Both the position numbers and the translations under genes were made by a program. Of a stretch of 64,000 bases of DNA, positions 63,987 through 64,000 are shown one piece after another (the stretch's first letter is position 1; each line of letters opens with the position of its first letter). The stretch is from a virus. The stretch lies in the UHGV virus genome UHGV-0064883. One strand, written 5' to 3'. The notes below the pieces were generated by a model. The model was not told the DNA's origin, searched no databases, and saw only the letters and a program-made list of their open reading frames with translations.

Positions 63987-64000
63987 ATCTGCGGGAGATT

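Overview
This window appears to be a 64-kb stretch of a large tailed dsDNA phage genome, about 55% GC, with nearly every gene on the + strand and no rRNA, tRNA or CRISPR array detected. All protein-family assignments below come from reading motifs in the supplied translations; no database search was run. Order of modules: (1) head-tail connector and tail genes, including a 1062-aa TP901-type tape measure protein, a putative distal-tail protein and an 826-aa tail protein with poly-Ser linkers and BACON/Ig-like domains (3-10233). (2) Two tandem GT25-family glycosyltransferases (10774-12889). (3) A lysis cassette: lipoprotein plus C-terminal TMD spanin-like gene, a 650-bp AT-rich noncoding region, a holin, and a signal-peptide GH24 lysozyme (12918-15263). 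(4) An AAA+ ATPase with DUF1257-like and DUF2997-like genes (15576-18729). (5) A replication module (wHTH initiator-like, DnaB-type helicase, family-A DNA polymerase with an N-terminal UDG-fold domain, RNase H, DnaG-like primase, gp32-like SSB, SF2 helicase). (6) A recombination module (RecA-like, PD-(D/E)XK nuclease, Cas4-like nuclease, RuvC-like resolvase). (7) A long run of small early-type genes, many Cys-rich and in paralogous families. (8) Terminase small and large subunits (46803-49049). (9) A glycan-related island with two diverged ParB-like plus GT-A-like gene pairs around a CMP-sugar-synthetase-like cytidylyltransferase (49404-55205). (10) A tail fiber and a low-molecular-weight protein-tyrosine phosphatase. 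Three DNA-level signals stand out. A perfect 19-bp palindrome ATTTGCAAT(C/G)ATTGCAAAT (two self-complementary TTGCAA hexamers) occurs 18 times, always intergenic and upstream of + strand genes. Seven of these copies, plus one palindrome-less copy (eight in all), sit in a conserved roughly 140-bp promoter and leader cassette with a covarying RNA hairpin. The 7-mer AACGGTC, usually in the context (G/A)AACGGTCG, is over-represented on the + strand (about 35-40 copies by eye against a handful of its reverse complement). There are also several C8-C9 homopolymer tracts, all on the + strand, two of them in or next to the cytidylyltransferase gene. Host identity is not established. A lipoprotein/TMD spanin-like gene and a signal-peptide endolysin suggest a diderm host, and most start codons sit behind A-rich leaders rather than strong Shine-Dalgarno sites.
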